Source: an uncultured delta proteobacterium
GTDB lineage: Bacteria > Desulfobacterota > Binatia > Binatales > Binataceae
Assembly: GCA_963724765.1 (NCBI GenBank)
Contig: CAVRVY010000004.1
Coordinates: 1,216,001 to 1,280,000 of the forward strand
DNA: 64,000 bases
Direction of reading: 5' to 3'
Below are positions 60,813 through 64,000 of the stretch, piece after piece. Positions within the stretch are counted from its first letter, which is position 1, and each line of letters begins with the position of its first letter. The notes beneath the pieces were generated by a model, which had not been told where the DNA came from, searched no databases, and saw only the letters and a program-made list of their open reading frames with translations. Position numbers and translations under genes: made by a program.

Positions 60813-61128
60813 CGGCATCGCCGCCTGACGGGTGATGCCGCACTGGTCCGAAGAAAGGGGGGTTAACCCAGAGCCGCGCGGGCCGCGAGGCCCAACCGGC
60901 TTCTGGGGAAACCAAAGTGGGGGGACGCGAGGGCCGCGCTGGCCGCTCAAAAGAGCGGCTGGCGCGGCCCTCGCACGTCCGCGCTGCGCCTGTGACGGCG
61001 CATCGCAGGCTCGCAGCGCCGCGAAAGCGTAACGGGCGGGCCGCCTTCGGGCGGCCCGCCCGTTACGCTTTCGCGGCGGTTATGAGGGGGCGAGCGGATG
61101 CGGGCTCAAGCCCGCATCCGCTCGCCCC
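60813..61128. repeat. Cluster of six adjacent stem-loops (REP-like element or structured ncRNA)
   Basis: Includes a perfect 29-bp stem with TTCG loop (61017-61078) and a perfect 19-bp stem (61087-61128). Confidence 0.8.
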
Positions 61129-61134
61129 GAAGCG

Positions 61135-61953
61135 TTACTGCGCCAGGCGCTTGAGCTCGGCAGTCCGCGTCTGCATGTAGGCATCCTGCACCGCGCCGTA
61201 CAGGTCGACCGCGTAGCGATCAGCCTCCTCGAACTGGTTGGGATGCAGCGAGCGGTAGTTCACCGCGTTGATCGCCTCCGACCCGACATCGGCCGGTATC
61301 GTCACGTACCACGGCAGCAGCCAGCTCATCGGGTTCATGCAACCATCGACCACCAGCCCGACCGTGTCGCGGACCGTCGAGGGTCCGATGAACGGCAGCA
61401 TCACGTACGGTCCCGAGTAGATTCCGTAATGGCCCAGGGTCAGGCCGAAATCGTCGTTATGCTGCTTCATCCCGAACCAGCTATCGGCGACATCGAAGAG
61501 TCCTGCGACACCGAGCGTGCTGTTGATCCCGAAGCGCGCGAGTTCGTTGGCCGCATAATAAACATGCAGCTGGAGTAGATTGTTGGCGAAGCGCGGGATG
61601 ACGTCGACGTTCCTGAAAAAGTTATTTACGCTCTGACGCGCGGGCTCGGGCAATACGTACGAGTAGCCCTTGGCGACTGGCGTAACCACATACTGGTCAA
61701 GGTTAATGTTGAAATTGAACATCGCCGAATTGAAGGGCTCCAGCGGGTCCGGGTATGGACCTCCCGACTCACCCGGCAGCGCCCGCTCGCCGGGCAGCTT
61801 GGGTGGAGCCGCCTGGTCCGCGCCCATCGCGGACTGGGCGAACGCGGTCGAAACCACCATCATAGTTGCCAGCGTCGCCGCCATGAGTAGACTGGCTAGC
61901 CTTTTGGCGCACTGTTTGGTCCGTATTCGTATAATTGGTTCGCTCACGGCCAC
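61135..61953 (-). CDS. mlaA: MlaA/VacJ-family protein
   Basis: DPLEPFN, RFGINSTLGVAGLFDVA, DFGLTLG, PYVMLPFIGPSTVRD. Confidence 0.93.
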   Translation of the reverse strand: MAVSEPIIRIRTKQCAKRLASLLMAATLATMMVVSTAFAQSAMGADQAAPPKLPGERALPGESGGPYPDPLEPFNSAMFNFNINLDQYVVTPVAKGYSYVLPEPARQSVNNFFRNVDVIPRFANNLLQLHVYYAANELARFGINSTLGVAGLFDVADSWFGMKQHNDDFGLTLGHYGIYSGPYVMLPFIGPSTVRDTVGLVVDGCMNPMSWLLPWYVTIPADVGSEAINAVNYRSLHPNQFEEADRYAVDLYGAVQDAYMQTRTAELKRLAQ

Positions 61954-62011
61954 GTTAACCTCCGCGCCGATCCGTCTGGGCCGGCGCTGCTCTCCCCCTG
62001 GATTACGGAGT

Positions 62012-62698
62012 CTACGACCCCATCGAGGCCTGCAATTGCTGCTGCTTGGCCCGCATATTGGCCATCAGCTTATCGAATCCTTGATCATTAATCACGCGGT
62101 TAAACTGATTTCGATAGTTCGCGACGATGCTGATGGCGTCAACCGTCACATCGTAGATTCTCCAGTCGCCATCAAGCTCACGCAATAGGTAATCTACCTT
62201 GATGGGCTGTTTGCCGGGCTGAATTATCTGGCTGCTCACCCGGGCAAAGCCCTCTCCCTCGGGATTTTGGCCCAGCACGGCCACATCCTGCCCAGAATAA
62301 TCCTGAATTTTGCTCAGGTAAGCGTTCTCCATAAATGCCGTGAACAGTTGGGTGAACTGGGAGCGCTGACTCGCGTTGAGTTCGCGCCAATGGTAACCCA
62401 GAGCGATCCGCGCCATGTCCGCGAAATCGAAGTGCCGCTCGAGCAGGTCACGCAATTGACGGCGACGCTGAGGAAGCGGTGTGTGCTTGTCGCGGAGCAC
62501 CGGCAAAGACGTGTTGATGACCTGGTTGACCGTGTCCAGTGCCGTGGACAAAGCCCACGCCGGCGCCGGCGCTGCGGCCTGCAGCACCATCAGGGCAAGC
62601 ATCGCACTCGCAAACACGCTCAAAGCCATCGTCGAAGACGACATCTGCGCCGCCCCAACGGCTCGAGCTTCGCGCGCTGAATAATTATTCCCAGGCAT
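62012..62698 (-). CDS. mlaC: MlaC/Ttg2D periplasmic phospholipid-binding protein
   Basis: FDFADMARIALG.HWR, WRIYDV...ISIVANYRNQF. Confidence 0.93.
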   Translation of the reverse strand: MPGNNYSAREARAVGAAQMSSSTMALSVFASAMLALMVLQAAAPAPAWALSTALDTVNQVINTSLPVLRDKHTPLPQRRRQLRDLLERHFDFADMARIALGYHWRELNASQRSQFTQLFTAFMENAYLSKIQDYSGQDVAVLGQNPEGEGFARVSSQIIQPGKQPIKVDYLLRELDGDWRIYDVTVDAISIVANYRNQFNRVINDQGFDKLMANMRAKQQQLQASMGS

Positions 62699-62714
62699 AC
62701 CGCTTTCTTCCTGT

Positions 62715-63233
62715 TTACTTCGGACCCTTGCCGTGATTATCGGGCGATGCGCCGCTGCCCGACCCGTTGCCGGCGCCGCCCGAGCTGGGGCCGTTACTGC
62801 TGTTGATCAATTGACCGATTGCGTCCTCCAGCACGAAGGCCGATTGAGTCCGCCGAATTGCGCCACCATCTGCGAGATCATGATCACCGGCGCCCAGCGA
62901 AACCGAGACATACTTGTCGCCAATTATACCGCTGGTCTTAATTGAGGCTATGGCGTCCGTATCCACCTTTACCCCTTGATTGACCCTCAGCGCCACGTGG
63001 GCGCGATAATCCTTGAGCGAGATAGCAACTACCTTGCCAACTTGCACGCCTGCGATCTCAACCTGATCGCCGGTCTTCAGGCCGGAGATATTGTCGAAGT
63101 TCGCATAGATGACGTAGCCGCTATTGTTGAACAGTTCTATTTTCCCTAGGCGCAGCGACAGAATAACGAGCGCCGCGATCCCAGCCAGCGCGAAAAGCCC
63201 CACGATAAGCTTGGTTGTCCAACTGGCGTACAT
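62715..63233 (-). CDS. mlaD: MlaD MCE-domain protein
   Basis: FDNISGLK.G..V.IAGVQVGKV, IKTSGIIGDKYV. Confidence 0.94.
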   Translation of the reverse strand: MYASWTTKLIVGLFALAGIAALVILSLRLGKIELFNNSGYVIYANFDNISGLKTGDQVEIAGVQVGKVVAISLKDYRAHVALRVNQGVKVDTDAIASIKTSGIIGDKYVSVSLGAGDHDLADGGAIRRTQSAFVLEDAIGQLINSSNGPSSGGAGNGSGSGASPDNHGKGPK

Positions 63234-63258
63234 TATTTGCTCTCAGAGCGTCTGTTAC

Positions 63259-63999
63259 TCAGAGCGCGGCCGCGTCGCGCTCGTCTCCCGCGGTCCTGCC
63301 CGCCAGGAAGCGGTTAAAGACCTCGTCATTGGCCGCCGTCACTTCCGCAGGCGTCCCGGTAAGCTTCATCCTGCCCTCGTGCATAAACGCAACGCGGTCG
63401 GAAATCTCGAACACCGCCGGCACGTCATGGCTGACCATCACCACCGTCAGACCAAAGCGCTGCTGGGTATGGCGCACCAGCGCGTGAATCGATCCGGTGC
63501 GGGTCGGGTCCAGTCCGGTGGTCGGCTCGTCGAGCATGAGAATCTTGGGATTGCGGATAAGCGCGCGCGCGAGCGCCGCCCGCTTCTGCATCCCACCGCT
63601 AAGTTCGGAGGGAAATTTGTTCTCCATCCCCTCGAGCCCGACGTTGGCCAGCATCTCGCGCACTTTGCCCGCGATTTCCTCGCGCCCCATGCGCGTGTTC
63701 TCGACCAACGGAAACGCGACATTGTCGAACACGGACATCGAGTCGAACAGCGCGCCCGCCTGGAACAGCATCCCGAATTCCTTGCGCACCTCGTCCAGTC
63801 CGCTATTGCCCAAACGGGTAACGTCAACGCCGTCGATCACGATTGTGCCCGAGTCGGCTCGCAGCAGCAGGTTGAGATGCTTCAGCAGCACGGTCTTGCC
63901 GCATCCGCTGGGGCCCACGATGGTCGTGACGTGGCCGCGCAGGAAGTCGAGATTGACGCCGTTGAGAACCTGCTGGGCGCCGAAGCGATGGCGCAGATC
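63259..63999 (-). CDS. mlaF: MlaF ABC ATPase (5' end outside the window)
   Basis: GPSGCGKT, FQAGALFDS, LSGGMQKR, DEPTTGLDP; frame open to the window edge. Confidence 0.93.
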   Translation of the reverse strand, partial: DLRHRFGAQQVLNGVNLDFLRGHVTTIVGPSGCGKTVLLKHLNLLLRADSGTIVIDGVDVTRLGNSGLDEVRKEFGMLFQAGALFDSMSVFDNVAFPLVENTRMGREEIAGKVREMLANVGLEGMENKFPSELSGGMQKRAALARALIRNPKILMLDEPTTGLDPTRTGSIHALVRHTQQRFGLTVVMVSHDVPAVFEISDRVAFMHEGRMKLTGTPAEVTAANDEVFNRFLAGRTAGDERDAAAL

Positions 64000-64000
64000 G

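Noticed and set aside
60871-60903. Group II intron domain V-like hairpin (GAGCCG...CGGCTTC)
   Set aside because: Stem geometry and bulge do not match DV; no domain VI and no RT nearby.

Overview
GC-rich bacterial chromosome window. The gene content (many LLM/F420-type oxidoreductases, DMFase, sedolisin) suggests a soil organism, possibly Candidatus Binatota, but this is inference only. From left to right it holds: dnaB; a ~16 kb catabolic region (flavin hydroxylase, N,N-dimethylformamidase pair, CCG/Fe-S protein, NahC-like extradiol dioxygenase, hydrolase, three luciferase-like monooxygenases, acyl-CoA dehydrogenase); a decayed STAS/MBL/anti-sigma module; EVE, Fpg, a PoxB-like gene and two pseudogene scars; a 13.3 kb element integrated in tRNA-Leu(UAA) (24775-38211); sedolisin, CPA2 antiporter, RNase II, rnhB and lpdA; a doubly inactivated Type III R-M island (8-bp duplication in res, IS630 in mod) between lpdA and lipB-lipA; a 17-aa-repeat protein; a cluster of six back-to-back hairpins; and mlaA/C/D/F. 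The best candidate for an undescribed system is the tRNA-Leu element. It has a phage-satellite layout (integrase, divergent CGNR-finger regulator, alpA, xis, helicase-like rep) and encodes a large terminase plus a probable small terminase, but no recognisable portal, capsid, tail or primase. Its rep Walker A lysine is replaced, it swaps in its own CCA-less tRNA 3' half, and it has inverted iteron-like arrays at both ends that would only meet after excision. It also carries a chain of translationally coupled micro-ORFs and a Type IIG R-M gene. All product calls come from motif recognition by eye; no database searches were run.
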